A stretch of DNA of 64,000 nt, taken from Paragordius varius. Taxonomy: Eukaryota > Animalia > Nematomorpha. Every line of letters starts with the position of its first letter. The first letter of the stretch is position 1. The stretch spans positions 5,456,001 through 5,520,000 of the forward strand of contig OZ176054.1 of the NCBI GenBank assembly GCA_964247055.1, in the 5' to 3' direction. A program made the translations under genes and the position numbers. The notes beneath the pieces are model-generated. The model was given only the letters and a program-made list of their open reading frames with translations, made no database searches and had not been told where the DNA came from. Shown here piece by piece: positions 23,320 to 39,280 of the stretch.

Positions 23320-24845
23320 TCTAGTCAAAATTATTTTATCGATACTAATCATGCAATATTTTTATAGATTCGGTAGTTATTTATACATATATTCTATTAT
23401 TATGTTTTATTTAACTTAACCATGAGCATGTATTATAATATACCGATTCACACTAAATCATTCAATTGAATTATCAAAAATGATCATACCATGCAACATA
23501 TGATGTCTAATATGCCATAAATTTTTTATAATAAAAGCTTAGTAAAATTTTAGAAAGGACTAGAAATGTCGATGATAAATTATTTTTATTTTTTATGCTT
23601 GATTTGATTACGATAAATTTTTTTAGCCGGTGCACCATGTTAACGGAAAATATTTTTTAATTTAATTTTAAGTTTTGAAGTGTGCCTTTGAATCTTCCCA
23701 TGATAAAATCCACGTCAACGCGTACCATTTATTTGTACCAAAATATCTATATAACTGCTCTACTTTTTCGAAACTCTCTAGGCCTCATTTTTAACTAGGT
23801 CTATCATTTTAAGTTCTATTATTTCTCCATTTCAGACACCGAACGGATCACATGTTTTTAAAAAAATTATCATCAAATATAAAGGTTGTCGTTTTTAAAT
23901 GAATCTGATATTTTGTTAAGTTTTACATATGTAAAACTCTCATAAGCTAATTTTCATGAATAATATGATAAATAAAATTTATATTATGCATTTTAGCTTA
24001 TAAATGTCGGCTTATTATAACACAGGTTAATAAATAGGGTAAAAATTAAATTAAATAGACAAAACATAAAAACTAAAAGACATTTTTTTAAAAAAAAGAC
24101 ATCATTTATTATTTTTTTTATTCATCGTTTTAGGTTTTAAAATAAGGATCAAAGATGTAAATTGTGACATCCGATTATATGTCTCAAAATCGTAACTAGT
24201 TTATGTAGGGAAAATCAATAAAAGGGGTCGTTCTTACGTTTTGTTATAAATTTAATTTTTATAAATGTTTTTTGTTGGTATCTTTACATTTTTGATTAAT
24301 AAATGAAAATTTATGAATTAACTGTATTTTCCATATATTCAATGTGATCCTTATGTTATTTCTTGTAGCTTGATGAATTTTATTTAGTATAAAAATAGAA
24401 ACGGTACATTTTTGACCCTGCAATTTGGACACTATGATTGTTCAGATATCCCAATATATCTTTTTGAAAATTTTTATTCGTTACAAGCAAGGAATTGCTA
24501 ATATGAGATAATTTATTTATATCTTTATCCCGATTTAGAATAATATTTAAAAATAAAATCGTAAAATATTGTAGACATTTAAAACCATTTATATTTGCTT
24601 AAATCGCAAAATATTTGGTTTGTTGCGAGTTTAGATCCAATTTATAGTCTGACTCTAAATGACTTAAAACAATAGCATTTATATGTTTTTTTTTATATTT
24701 TCATCTAGAATATATTTTAAGCAGCTTTCCTCTCAATATAATTTTATACAAGTCTATGAATAATTTTTTAACTACAGAAATGATATATAAAATACCTGTC
24801 TAAATTTTATTCTAATAATTAAAGGCATTTTCGTCGCGACTTTTA

Positions 24846-25016
24846 CAGTATGCATTTTAATGGTTGCTTATTTCACACTATAGTATGGCAACAGTAGTTT
24901 ATGAAAACAACAAAGTTTTGAAAAAAAATTATTTCCTTTCGTTTTTCCATACACTCCTGTGTGTGTCAAATTGCCTAACTATAGTGTGAAATAAGCAAAC
25001 ATTATAATGCATAGTG
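24846..25016. mobile_element. Tc1/mariner-type MITE, 171 bp
   Basis: TA|CAGTATGCATTTTAATGGTTGCTTATTTCACACTATAGT...ACTATAGTGTGAAATAAGCAAACATTATAATGCATAGTG|TA: imperfect TIRs of about 45 bp with TA flanks. Confidence 0.75.
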
Positions 25017-26428
25017 TAAATCACAGTATAAATTAAAAGTTTTACAAAATTTATAATATCACACTGATTTATTTTAATTTGAACATTCCTTTATATTCAT
25101 ATTTGACAGCAAAGTTGGATATATATACATAGTGTTTTATATAATATGATATTTTAATCGACTAACACTTACATATAAATATAATCAAAATAATAATGTG
25201 CAATAGATTATTGATATGAGATTATTTAGATCATTTTGTGTGCATGAGCATTAAAGTCTTCAATAGTGAGAATTTTGCGGTTTCAAAAGCTAAAACATAT
25301 TATAAATATTATTGATACAATAAAATTAGATTATATGTTAAAATTACGCGCAACTTTTATTAAGTTTATAGGGCGAAAAGTTTAAATTGAAAAATAAATT
25401 TTTCACAATTATTTGTTTTTTAAAGTTTTAAATCCTAGTAAAAATATTGATGAGATATTTACAAGCGAAATTATTTTTTAATATCAAAAAAGTTTATAAA
25501 AAAATATAAAAGCATTATAATAGAGTGTGCGCTTTTATTACTTTATAGTAAAAATAAAACCATAAGGGAATTGAATTATATTTTATATTAGTAATTATTA
25601 ATTTGGTTTTTAAATAAATTGAAAAGGCATGAAGGTAATATCGCGAATATAATAATTACCACATAAAGCGAGAATATTATTTAAACAAATGTACTGCGAT
25701 TCAAACGCGACAATCTACAAACGATTACACATGCATAAATAAAAAAATATTATTGTTTGATAATGTTATGTACATATTTATAATTTAAAGCGATCAAAAA
25801 TAGATGGGGTTATTTCTAAAGCGGTTTCAAAAGTTTATATTATATTTTAGAAAATCATATTATATACTGTAATTAACTCAATATTAACCTGGTTTTTGGT
25901 TGTTTTGCAAGTGAGCTGACAGGATCTAAAATGTACATAAAATGTGTAATGTAATTTATTAAAAAAGATAACAGATTAATAAATGAATATTTTTACCTAT
26001 ATTCTCATTTTGAATGTATAAATCTGATGTAATATTGTCATCCAATTGAGGATACAGCCGTTTCCTAAATATATATTATTTTAAAAGTTTGAAACATAAA
26101 AATAAGTTTTTGAGAAAAATATGTACATTTTAATTCAAAAAATATAAAAAATATATAAAAACGCAAACCATACAGTTAAAACTCTTTATTACACAGATTA
26201 ATTTTGTGGTTGACCCATATATCTCTTTTAGCAAATACTTTTTAATCTTTTTTAATGGCAATGTTTTGATTGCGCACAAATTGAATCGACACCGACTCTG
26301 ATAGTCAGAAATATTTGTGTGAACATTTATGTATTTATACATTTCATTTGCGAAATATTTTGGCTCAAAAAGAGGATGATAGTAAAATCTATATAAATTT
26401 TTATAAAACAAAAATCAAACCAATAAAA

Positions 26429-27369
26429 TTAAAACCTATTTTGTAGCCCTGCTGCTGACTTGGTTTCATTATTCCCTTCATCAATAAATGCAATTTGATT
26501 TTCAAATTGCAACGTTTTTAATGCGTTCCTTGCCGTGTGATCAGAGGCTCGTGATTTTCTTTTGTCTTCTTTGGGATCGGAATGGGTTAAAACTTCGATA
26601 TCATTGAATACTATGGCGTTTCCACCACACTGAGTCGCAATTACATCACCCTACAATTAAAAATTTCTTTTTTAAAATTGTGTAAGATATTATGTATTTC
26701 AAAAATTGCTCTTGTATATATATATATCTACTCAATTCGATTTGATGTTCAAACTGTTTATTTTATCAAACATATAATGTTGCCTATTTTAATTTTAGCA
26801 TAACATTTGCCCTGAGTATACTATTAAATAATCTTTTCTATTTCATACCATGTAATTTGCGAATTACTAAAATAATTTTGATTATTTTGGATCTCTATTG
26901 TGAGTACAAAACTGTTATCTATAGCTACAGGTAAATACGATTTCGTTCAAAATTATAAAAAAACAAATGTTGAAGGTCACATCAAAATTAATTAAAAAGT
27001 TTGACAACGCATTTTAAATTTATTAAATACGGTTACACTTTTAATTTTATATAAAAAGTAAGTTATATAATATTTTTGGTAATAACCTTGTTTTTTGAAT
27101 ATATAAATATAAAATAAAAAAATAGTTAAAAAAAATAATTAAGGTTACCTTATAAATTTGTGTTTTAATGTCTCCCGACTGGCTATCCTGCTCTTGTTTA
27201 TTCAGCAAATATTTATCACACTTTTCCAATTCCCGTTTATTTAGCGCATTTGTAGTTGTGACATTTTTAATTTTTGGTCTTAAAATATCATCTAGAAAAG
27301 CATACATATGCATAAAATTAAATTAATAATTAACCCTTCTTATTACCAAAATAAATGAAAATCTGATAC

Positions 27370-27414
<45 letters not shown>

Positions 27415-30400
27415 ATGTAAATAACCTACATTATCTATACCTTATTCATCCCAATATATTGATTATATCCAAAAATTAACTTAAAAAAAATGGTGATTGC
27501 TTTTGAAAAAATATTAATCTTTATGACTTTTCTTTCAAAATATACTTGTTTTTCCTTGTCCTATAGGTTTATGTTCCAAATATTTAAGTTCCCCCACAGA
27601 TTTAGATCGTCTCCGGTAATGACGTGGATTTCCCATTGGGACGCCCTATTATACAATAAAAAATTATACAGACAAAAAAATTGAATGACATATTTTTGGA
27701 AGACATCCGTAATTTTTAAACCTTGATTTTTCTGTGTGTAACTTTTATGTTAAAAATATGTGATTGAGGGTGTAACCAATTTACATGTTAAATTTTGAAT
27801 CTGCAACCCAAAACGATAGGTGGCATCAAAAATATAAGGGTCAAAAAAGTGTGGTGGTCATTTTTATATTGGTCTTTAAAAAATTTTAATGTATCGTATT
27901 ATTATTGGGATTGATTTTTGTCAAGTCAATATATAATAACCTGTTTTACGATTAGTTATTAATACAGTTGTTATTATTACCAAATAAATAAATCAAACAA
28001 GGGTAGCCTTTCGATAATTAGTGACAATCAATGAATAAAATTTTAAATTTTCACAATTATTGATACATTATAGTTAAGTTTTTAGTCCATTATCTTATAT
28101 TAATATATGTTTAAAAGAGTGTTGCCTGGTATAGGCGATACTCATGGATTAATGTATTTATAACATGTCAGATCCACCTTAATTGTTAATATAAAAAGTT
28201 GTGTTTTACATATGATAAAATTATTTAAACTTTTAAACCATTTATAAATACTATTTGTTTAAAACAAAATTATAATTCTGTTATAACATTTTTATACAGT
28301 AATGGGTTAAAATATTTACTTTATTGATCGTAGCAACTTTAGCATCATACATTCGAGCAACGGAAGCCACATGCTAAAAATGTATAAATCCATAAAAAAT
28401 ATATTAATCTGATATTTTGACTAATATCGGTTTGAAATGTCTTATGAATATATTTCCTTGCACAGATTCAGAATATGGCCTACACTTCCTACTCTAATGA
28501 GCTCCACCTTTTCAAAAGGTTTTTATAAAAATCATTAATTCAAAAACATTAAGTCTATATACAATTTCAGTATTATTCGTCTAAACTTTGTGAAACAATA
28601 CATTTCAACACACACACACACACACACACTTATATAATTTTGCTAAATAAATATTTTATAAAAAAAATTACCCCTCCAGTATGAACGTTTGTGTTTGCAG
28701 TGTTTATGGCACAATTACCATTTTGTTGATTCGGGACCGATAAATAATGTCCAAGTGATTGCTGCTGAGTTGTTTGTTTTAAGGATGTGGCCATACTTCC
28801 TGCATTAGGGTTTTTGCCAATTTTATTGAAATTAGCAAGGTCTGGAAAAGTCGGAGGTTGTTGTTTTGCCACAATCTATAAAATCAAATTAATGTAAAGT
28901 AATTATAATTTATAACCAACTTGTTTTTTTTACAAACCTATTCCCAAATTAGTGATATATATATATATGTTTTTTCTATATCGCCCTTATAATCCTCCCC
29001 TAAACTTCAAAAAAAACATGGCATATAAAATAATTACGCATTCTAATTTATTTTTTGGTATCTACAGTTAGATTCACTTCAAAAAATTGCGTGTATAGAT
29101 TCCCACAAATTATCAAGTTTATGCGCTTTTTGTGCAATAATAAGTACCACAACAAAAAACCACATCACTTTATCATTACTTTTTTAACTCTTTTGTTTTA
29201 AAAAATTGTACAATTTATAATAGTGTTTCAAACTTTTTTGTGCTGAGATTGAGTCATTTGTTGGTAACGTGGCAAAGTATTTTTGTACTGTAAAGATTTG
29301 GTCATTGTCGCAGATGGTGTCAAATATTTCTGGCCGTTTGTGTCAGAGTCTGAACTGGTAAGCGCTTCAGTAACAAAGTTATTATTGTCATTTGTCGTTG
29401 TTTTAGGATTTGATGTTTGGTTATTCATGTCAGGATCATTTATTCTGTTGGAATTTATAACCGGAATCGGTATTGTAAGTCCTACCAAAAAACATAATGG
29501 ATTGCGAGTACAGTAAAAATTGTAATTATACGGGCAAGGCGTAAAAATATAAAGACATAATTTTTTCTCAAAAGACAACCATACTTTTTAAATCTTGATT
29601 TTTTGTCATATAAACAAACCATTGTTTATAATTGCAAAATATAAAAAATAGAGATAATATGCAATAAATTATATATTTTACAATTGTAATTACATAGTTT
29701 ATAAGGGAAAAATTAAGGTTTAAAAAAGGATGGTTATTTGAAAAAATTATTGACTCTATATTTTTAGGTTTTGTCCGTATGATTTCAATTTTCACTGTAC
29801 CAATTTATGATTTATTTATTGTTCACTGAATCAAATTATTTATTTATATTATTGAAACATATGTCCCTAAGCTAGGCTAATATCATATTTTAGGTTAAAA
29901 ATTGTCATTGATTTTTGTAACAGTTTTACTATGATTTAAGGGTATAATATACCTAATATACGTTACAAAAAAAGTCCAAGAAAATAGGACAATAACTTTA
30001 ATATATTAGTTAATCCAAAAAAATATTATTTGAAAATTTGGCCTAACTAAATTTTTAAATTAAGGTTTAAACGCAATATATGTATACCAATCGTTGGATT
30101 AGGACCCAATCCAATCATATAAATTGTATGAAAATGTTAACTAAAATACCATTTCCATTTTCATTGTTTCGATTTTGTGGGGGTGTATCGGTATAATGAG
30201 ATGAAGTTACGTTTCCTTCCACTATTATGTCTTTGAGTTGGCGTAATTTTTGATTTTTTATCCATAATTTATTTTCCATTTCCTGTTCTTTGGCTTTAAG
30301 CTGGCGTTCCTAAAGGCGAAAAATATATTGCAAATTTCTATATTTTGTAAATAATTTGTCCTCAAAATACATACAGAAAACTTGATACAATTATCATACA

Positions 30401-33053
30401 CTTTTTAATTTTGAGTTATAATTATATAAAATTGAATATACTGTCCTGATTTACTAGTTTTTGAGTATATGAGAGCCCAGTAATTATATATATATATATA
30501 TATATATGTAGAATATATCATATATTAAAAAAAATGTAATTATAACTATTTTTTTTTAAAAAAAAATCAATTTTAATTTTTTCCAAAAAAGACCCATTCA
30601 GGTTAATTATGGGGAAAATACTGTACTATTTGAAAAAAATACCATATCTTTTTCCATTTTACGGCGCGCCAACTCATTTTCATCCAGAATGTTTTCGAAA
30701 TTCTTGTGCGTTTTATCATAAAATGCCAATTTTTGGGTTAATCCCTGCGCTAATTTTTCCAAATCTCGCGTCTTATTTTGCAATGTATTGAATTCTTCAC
30801 ACCGTGCTTGAGCCTCTTTTAATTCCTAGGCGTGATTTTTAAGATTCAAAAATTAAATTAATATATGTAATGTGTCTATTTATATATAGTATATGTTTTA
30901 AATATAAAATATCGTTATAAGTAAATACATATAATTTTAAAGATTATATTGAACAATTAAGGTTTAAAGTGAAGATGTCTTTATAAAAAATATTTGCCAT
31001 TTAAATTTTTTAAAAAAAATTCCCTATTTTGTATCGTATTTTGTATTAAATTTACGCTTTACAAAAAAATAAAAAAACCTTGCGTAATTGTTGGATTTCA
31101 GCTAAATTATCTTGATTTACATTTGGATGTTTTGATAAATCACGCACATTAGCTAGTATATTATTGTAAAATGCAGAATATTTTGGTAGCTTTTGTTCCA
31201 CTGTTCCAAGCAATTGGTCCACCATTGATGGTTCATTAAATTCAATGAGCTAATATGCACCACAAATGTAGTTAAAATTCAATTTTTAACACAAAGAGAC
31301 TGCTCAAGCTATAAAAACTAGAATCAAAATTAAATCTCTTCACTTTTATAGAAAAAAGGCTGAAATTAGTATGTTTAAATAAAATTATTTATAATTAACA
31401 AAATTAAATAAAAAAAATTAAATTTTACAATTTTTACCTGTATTTATTAAAATGCCCTAAATATGTAGTAATTAATTACTGTTAACAATGTTAAATAAAA
31501 GAACCAAAAAAATTAAATTTTTACTAAATTTATTAAAATCCGCAATTTTTATCTGTATTTATTAAAATGTCCAAAATATGTAGTAATTAATTACCAAAAA
31601 AATTATTATTTTACCTGTATTTATGAAAAACCGTATTTTTTACCTGTATTTAAAAATGTCCTAAATATGTAGTAAAATAACAATGTTAATTATAAAAACA
31701 AAAAAAATTAAATTTGACTAAATTTATTAAAAACCGTAATTTTAACCTGATAAAAATGTCTGAAATCCTTAAAAATTATTAATAACTAACAATGCTAAAC
31801 ACAAAAAACAAAAACAATCTAAAATCTACTTAAATTTTACAAATATATATTTTTTGAATTAGTAATAATAACTATATAAAGTAATACAATTTTGATTGAT
31901 ACAGGTATTTATCATATTGAAAAATATTAACCACAAAATTTCGCATCTAAATACGTAACAATAATATCAAATGTTAACATAAATTGGTATCATATTCTCA
32001 AAATTTAACATTACAAAATAAGCCTATAATTCTCACGTCAATCCTCTTTCATATGTGAAGTATGAAATAATTTTGTGGATCAGTAGTTTACGCATTTGAT
32101 AAACCATTTATGTTATTTGACTGGCAATAAAATTACTTAACATACATTAAAATGCACAATGTATTTAGCAACTTAGATTTTTCGAGGCTTAACATACAGT
32201 TTTTATAATTTTGACAGTCTTGAAAATATATCCAAATCTTACTTTGATTTAATAGCTGGTGAGGTCACATTAAACGAAAAGATGATGATAATAAATTGCA
32301 TGAGATGCAACATTATAAGAAAAGTTCTACCAGTCGCCCTCAGACAACGTGTAAAAACAATTACAAAGGACCTCGTTAAAAAAAACATTGATATCAAAAA
32401 TGCTCTCGATCGGAAACTATGGAAATTTATATTAGACAATCCTGAACATATAAAGTAATCATTATATTTTTTCCAAAAATCTGTATTGACATTTTATGGC
32501 GTTAATATATTCTAATAAAAAATTAATATATAAATGATATTTGTTACATCTAAATTTGGTAGAACAGGTCCCGTATCAAACGTAGGTATGCTGTTGAGTG
32601 AAAAGAAACCATCTTTGGAATCGCCTACAACACTGCTGACATCATGAAATTTACTGTCACCAATCCTGAGTAATTGGCTATCTGTGAATGTTTGTTGTTG
32701 AGTTGATGTGCTACTAGGAATCGTGGTAGTTAATTTTGTTGGACTTTCCCATCTAATTAATGATTATACAGTATGGAGGACATTTATGCTGGATTATTCA
32801 CATTTTCGTTGGTCAATTTGTAATACAGTAGCATGGGTTATAAATAAAAAGAAAAAATTGATTTAATTTAACATTTTGTTTTTTTTCATACGCTACTTTG
32901 TTGCCAGACTAACATAATGTTAATAAGACAGCAAATTATAAAGAATTTTATAAATAGCTTAAACGTGCTAAGCAAGAAAATAGTGCGAAGTTAAGAAAAG
33001 GCAAAAGTATGGGGAAATTTAATTTTCATGCAAATGTATTTTATTTATAAAGA

Positions 33054-33092
<39 letters not shown>

Positions 33093-33711
33093 CGATAAAA
33101 TGTTATTCACATATTGTAATAGCGCTAAATGATAGCTCATGCTTATCCTCATGCACTCTTTTCCAATATTAAAAAAGGTAATAGTTTTGAGTTTTATGGA
33201 ACCATAATAATTAAGTAAATAAAAATATATGATCTTGTTAGTTATGTTAAGCATCTGTGGATACGGTATTTTTTTAATATTTAACCTAAAAAATCAATTT
33301 CAATGTGGTTATGAATAAAAAAACATCATGATACAAATAATTCTCCATATATTTTTTATAAATATTACGAACGATAGAAAGAAAGCCAAACTAAACCTTA
33401 ATTTATTGCGAGGGGCCGTTTGTTGAGGTGTATATAGTTGGTGTTTTTTGGTAGCATTGTTTGGTGTAAAATATGCCGAATTTGCTTCTTGTAATTCCTT
33501 CTGTTGCTGTTGAATGAGTTGTTGAGCGTTATAACTGATAGGGCGAACGATTTGTACCTCTTGTGTTAATTCTGCGAATCTGGCAACGTGCTGTATTATA
33601 TAGCAAATATACATTTTAATCACATTCAACAATATATAAATTAGATTCTTTTTTTGTTTATTTTGTTAAAAGGGAAATAGTGCCTTACACCAAAACAAGT
33701 TAAATTAAATA

Positions 33712-33750
<39 letters not shown>

Positions 33751-36700
33751 CCTGAATTTGCTATAGACAAAAAATAAAAGCATAATTATAATATTATCCA
33801 AAAAAATATACAGTTTAGTTCCGTCTCTTTTTAATTATTTTAAAGTTTAAAAACATTAATATTGTATCACAAAACGCATGGAACTTGCGATCTTCAACAA
33901 AACTCAATGATAAATCTACTCCCAACCATAAATATTTAGTGGGCGTAAAATATTATGATATTTCATATCTTTGAATAGTTTATTTATACTTATCAATATC
34001 CTATTTTAAACATCCCCCAAAAACTCTTAAATTCGAATTACACCATTCACATTCCAAATTTATTGGATATTAAGTTGTATATACCAAATTTTCTTCAAAA
34101 TCTTTTCCATCTGGATTAAGGCAAACGATCATACGCACTTTGCCTTGACCCTCAAAATAATTCTTAAACAGATGAGTTAATTTGCTATCTCGATAAGGAA
34201 CCATCCGTTCATTTACAAGCATTGGTGTTCCCACATCTCCATTATTATTGTTGTTAGCATTATTTGTATTATTGCTTATGAATTTTTGTTGATTTTCCCG
34301 TAAGGCTTCAAGGCAATTACGAAGCACCATGAGAGATGAATTAATGTTTCCTATTTGATATAGGTAAAAAAAATTAATTTACAAATAGATGATAGTCCAA
34401 ATAATTTAAATTTTGACTGACATACAGCCCTTTATATAGTTTTATAACAATCTTATACAGTTTATAATCTAGTTTTTCCTTATTTTTTAATTAAAGGATA
34501 ATGGTATGAGGACCTGTGAAAGCTTTAAAACTCGCCTCTGGCACGGAATGTAAATCGGCGCACTAACTAATATATCGTCTGCCTATCTTTTTATAGGGCA
34601 ATGGTATTATAAAATATTAGCCATAACTTGATTCTATGAAAATAAGATAGGAAACAGTTAATTTGTATGCTATTGATCAATTACTAAATTATAATTTATT
34701 TACACGGATTGAATAAAATTACCAATGTTTTATCACACTTACACCTTTCTAGACAAAATATTGTAATGTAACATAAAGCATTTTTAATAACCTGCTTCCC
34801 TCAATCGTTCTCCCACATTATTCGTGCGGGCCGTTCTTTCACTACCAGCTAAATCCACCAAAGCTAATTGACTAACGCCAATGCGTGATTTATCCTTTTG
34901 ATATATATACATGTATAAATAAATATGCAACAAAATTAATTAACATTTTGCAGTCATGTTGTTTAAGATGTTTTGCGGTTACTTTTTCCGATATAGGTTA
35001 TAATAAAATTGTCGGATAAAAAACTGGAAGATAAAAGATATGACTGTAAACATAATAGCAAAATTTAAAGGCGAAATAATTAGACATGTTTTGCAAGTTA
35101 AAATTTAATTTTATTTTCGTTTATATCCATTCTTCAAATAAACGTACACAGAACTAATAAATATATTCTACATATTTTAATTTATCACCCCATTTTTAAA
35201 ATAAAAAAGATAAAATAATACTTTACCATAATGACATAATCAGTAGATGGATCAATGGGTGCCTGAACCAATCTTACATTAAAGATTGAGTGAGATCTCG
35301 AACTTTCCGTGTTTAATGTGGTAACGGCCATACGTTTTTTCTTCCAACCCTTGTAAAGGACCTTCAAATCATATAAAATAAACATTTTTAGTTTTTTTAA
35401 TACAATAGATATAAATAACGCAAAGATCATTAATATTGATTTAAAATTATATTTTTCGCTTTTTCTTATTAGCCCATAATAGTGCTATTTGTATACGACA
35501 AGATTTAATGAAAAGCTAGCATATATTGATAATCATTTAAAAAATTATAAAATTAAATTGTGGCACAAGATCAACAATATTTGAATAAGTAGATGACGCA
35601 AAATTGACTCACATAGAAGATCTGCTAAAAAATTGGAAAAATTTTATTAAATTTAACAAATTTTTAATTAAGATTTTTGAAAAAGATACGAGGAGCCTTT
35701 GGGTGTAATATAATTGTAAAACTACATATAATATTTATTTAATCGTAATATGTGCATCTAAATTCATATAATATTCTCTTTTGTGAATTTATTTATGCAT
35801 AAAAATGACTCAAAAAAATTATTAGAATAATAAAAAATACCTCTAAAGCATCGTCAGTACTTTTTATTTCAACCTCTGTGCAACCATTAACATACATCGA
35901 ATGATTGGCATCTTCCCGTAAATTTTTTGACATTTGAGTTCTATATAAAAAAAAATATGGAAATTATAATTTTTAAGTTTCCAGAAAAAGAATAATACAC
36001 TTTTTTACAACAATTATAAATGTTAAAGACCAATTACGATTGGTTATAACAAAATTTTATGATAATACCTTATTAATTTGCTGAAATATCAATTAAATAA
36101 AGTTTGCTAATGTATAAATATTATGTAACTTAAAACCAAAATTTGTGTCTAATTTTTTCCGTATGGACATTTATAAAAAAATATATTTTGTATAGGTATA
36201 ATGCCGTCCAATGCTAACAATATGTAAAAAACCCTTAACATTATCCTAAACCAATAATCACCAAAACTTATAGTCTGCAAAACGTGTTTTCATTATGTAA
36301 AATTTCATTAGGTTAAAATATCCTTTATTGTTTAAAAACTTGAATATTTTAACTCTGTTTAGTGAACACCAAAACATGTTTTAATTGAAAAACTACCGAT
36401 TACAAGCATATGAAAATTTCAATGTTTTCATAAAGATTAGGGAAAGTAATTAAACATTGCAAGTTTATTATTGAAGATTGCCAGATAGTTTACACTAGAG
36501 CTATAATATTGGCTTTAAATTAATATTTTCGCTTATTCTTACTATTAGCCAATAATAATCATCCCTTTACTGTAGATGCTATCTAGCAATATTTTTAAAA
36601 AACTAGCAGTATATTGATCTTAATGATTATATTTTTCTATTATATAAAACAACAGTTTTATATTTTTGTATAGCATGGTCTTCAAATTTTTCCTTTTAAA

Positions 36701-38129
36701 AATATTTATCTGTTAAAAACAAATTTTTGACTATAAAAACTTACGCAAAATTATATTCATTAAGAAATATCTACTTCATATTAATTTGATCCAAAGTGAC
36801 ATCCTCAAGCAAGTCATAAATGTAATTATTGTAAATTTCGACAAACGAAACAAAAGCAGAGTAAGCATTATCTTCACACACATCAGGCAGAACTGTGGTG
36901 TCAGGTGATCGTGAAGTGAAGAAATCATCTTTGGCATTCATTCTTAAGAAAATTCAAAATTAAGAGTTAAATAGATAACGACATTAGCTTAAGATATTTA
37001 TACGACGATTAATTGTTTATTTAAAATGGAAAAAATTCTGATCAAACTTTTTGCCGCCAACTATTTTAGGCAGAAAGAAGGGTTTAAAATAGCAAATTTT
37101 GATATTCATATATTTTAAAATAATGTTTAAGCAAATCAATAAGCTCAAAGGCCAAAAATATTAAAAATTTTTTTTATAGAGCAAATATTTTAGCAAAAAA
37201 ACAAAATATGAATTCTGGTGTGTAAAGTACCCAATATTATAGTCGGATTAAAACATTTCCAGTTTTCATATATTAACAGATAGCATTTAAGAAAGAGCAA
37301 TGTGAATGACTCTAATAATGGTTTATATAAAATATGAGAATTTTTGGCCTTTATCTTCCTTAAAGTAATAGAAGTGCTTTTTTCTTTAAAATATTTGGCA
37401 ATATTTAATAAAAAACTATGAAAATAAATTTACTCACAACGTTTGATATATAAAATAGTAAATGTTTAAACGTTAAACTTTTTGGGAGTGACAGTCGGTA
37501 ATTTGGTTAAACTGTTACAACTTCCAGAGGCGGCAGCCATAGTTAGCGCTTTGGTTCTTTCAGATGCAGATTCATAAGGTGTGGCAATGTCAAATCCGTT
37601 ATTTTTATCCGGTTTAAATACCTAATAATATTAGTTGTAATTTACAAATTTTTCCGTCTGATAATCGCGTATACTATTAAATAGTGTATCTAAGCATCTA
37701 ATAAGTATTCCTTCATCGTTAGACTTCCCATTCATTGTATAAGTTTTGCCCGAGCCGGTAACACCATAAGCAAAAATTAACCCTTTTATTAGAAATTTAA
37801 AAACCATTTTTGCCATCAATTAAATCTTGAACTAAAGGTTTAGCAACAGTTTTAAATATAGTTTTTTGTTTGGATTCAGGGGCGAATACTTTGGTAAATG
37901 TATATTCAAACTTAAATTACATAATGTATAAACCTCTTTGATGTTTGGGGTTTTGATGTTTTGTAAATTTAATGGAGGATATATAACAATACGTTTATGA
38001 TCAACAAATTTACAACATATATCATTAATAGATGTCGGTTTTATACGACAAAAGACCTGGATAAACATAAATAATTACCTCTACAGGATCCTTATCATTA
38101 GTTAGATATTTCTTGTTAGTTTTCTTCAT
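26429..38129 (-). CDS. KIF23: Kinesin-6 KIF23/MKLP1 (centralspindlin motor), multi-exon
   Basis: [45 protein letters not shown] (P-loop), [82 protein letters not shown] (Aurora B/14-3-3-type motif), C-terminal [21 protein letters not shown] (Arf6-binding domain). The stop is placed at LQNRF*; an alternative last exon at about 26130-26388 is possible. Confidence 0.95.
31410..31770. repeat. Degenerate intronic tandem repeat, about 110-bp unit, 3-4 copies
   Basis: Recurrent tttttacctgtatttattaaaatg(t/c)cctaaatatgtagtaatt blocks within a KIF23 intron. Confidence 0.7.
32251..32460 (+). mobile_element. 5'-truncated, frameshifted RTE 3' remnant in a KIF23 intron
   Basis: Translates as [10 protein letters not shown]...[11 protein letters not shown] / [23 protein letters not shown], resembling the RTE C-terminal WFGH..R...GRP.TW...D......A.DR..W pattern. 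Confidence 0.65.
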
Positions 38130-38641
38130 AGATCTTATATTTTTATTTCTAATAATATTAATATTGATAGAATACATTGGCTTCATTCTATATTTTTGTT
38201 TATTTTAAATTTGACGCTTTAATTCTGACCAATAACCTAAATCGATTATAATACCACGAAGTATATAATTAGTTACAATTTTCGTTTGCTAAATGATGTT
38301 TTATCATTTTAACAGTTAAAATCGAATATTCTATAATAAAATTAAAATTTAAATATTTTTCAAGATCCTTAGTAAATTGATTAGGAAAACCTATATCCTT
38401 TACACCTAAGCCAGAAAATACATGCAAAAGTAAAACAAATATTATTAATTAAATCATCATTCTAATTTTAGAGCAAAGCCTTACTTTAACTTTAAATGTT
38501 TTTTTAAATGAATAAAAATTATGTAGAATTTATCCAGAAGCTTTAAAAATTAAAATTTTTTATTATGAAGTCTAAAATTTTGACATAATACAAAATTATA
38601 CCGCTTTTAAAATAAAATTAATATAATTTAGTTTTATTTAA

Positions 38642-39201
38642 CACTTGGATACAACACATTCTTTTCATCCTTCGAATCAAATAGGAGTAATTGGATACCC
38701 AGGCTTGTTTAAAATTAAAAATTTCAAAAAATATCAAATAAATTAAAACCATGGCAAATGTTTGCACCTATATAACATTAATGGCCCGAAATTTAAAAGA
38801 AAGTTTGTTCAAAAATACTTGATAGTGCTTATTCCGAGGTAAAACCCAAAGGCAAAAATCTAGCTAACATGGCATGTGTGCATAAGTTAAATGCAAAAAT
38901 AATGTAAAATGTACCATTTTTCTGTTTTTATCAATGTATGTCATTTACAAATATAAACTTAATTTTACGCTTGGAATAAAATAAACATGATATTTTGGAA
39001 AAAGTTGTAAAATAAAAATGGCGTCGAAGTATTTTGATACTAAAAATTTTTTTCTAAATAATTTTTATTTAGATAATTTGGCTATTTTATATAATTTTTA
39101 TTGAGATAGAAACAATTTAAATTTGAACCGTTTCTTTCAGTAGTTTTTTTAAAAGATCAATTTAAATATTATCTGGGTATTCAGAAACCCCAATTTGAAT
39201 C
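38642..39201 (-). mobile_element. piggyBac-like MITE copy (reverse; left terminus damaged)
   Basis: TTAA(38638-41)CACTTGGATACAACACATT... is the reverse of the family's right end; the copy ends ccccaatttgaatc lacking gaagtg. Confidence 0.8.
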
Positions 39202-39280
39202 TTAACATAACCTTTTGGGGATTTTTAAAATGGTCATTAAAAATTTAATATATCTAAAATATTTATTAGGGCAACTTTAA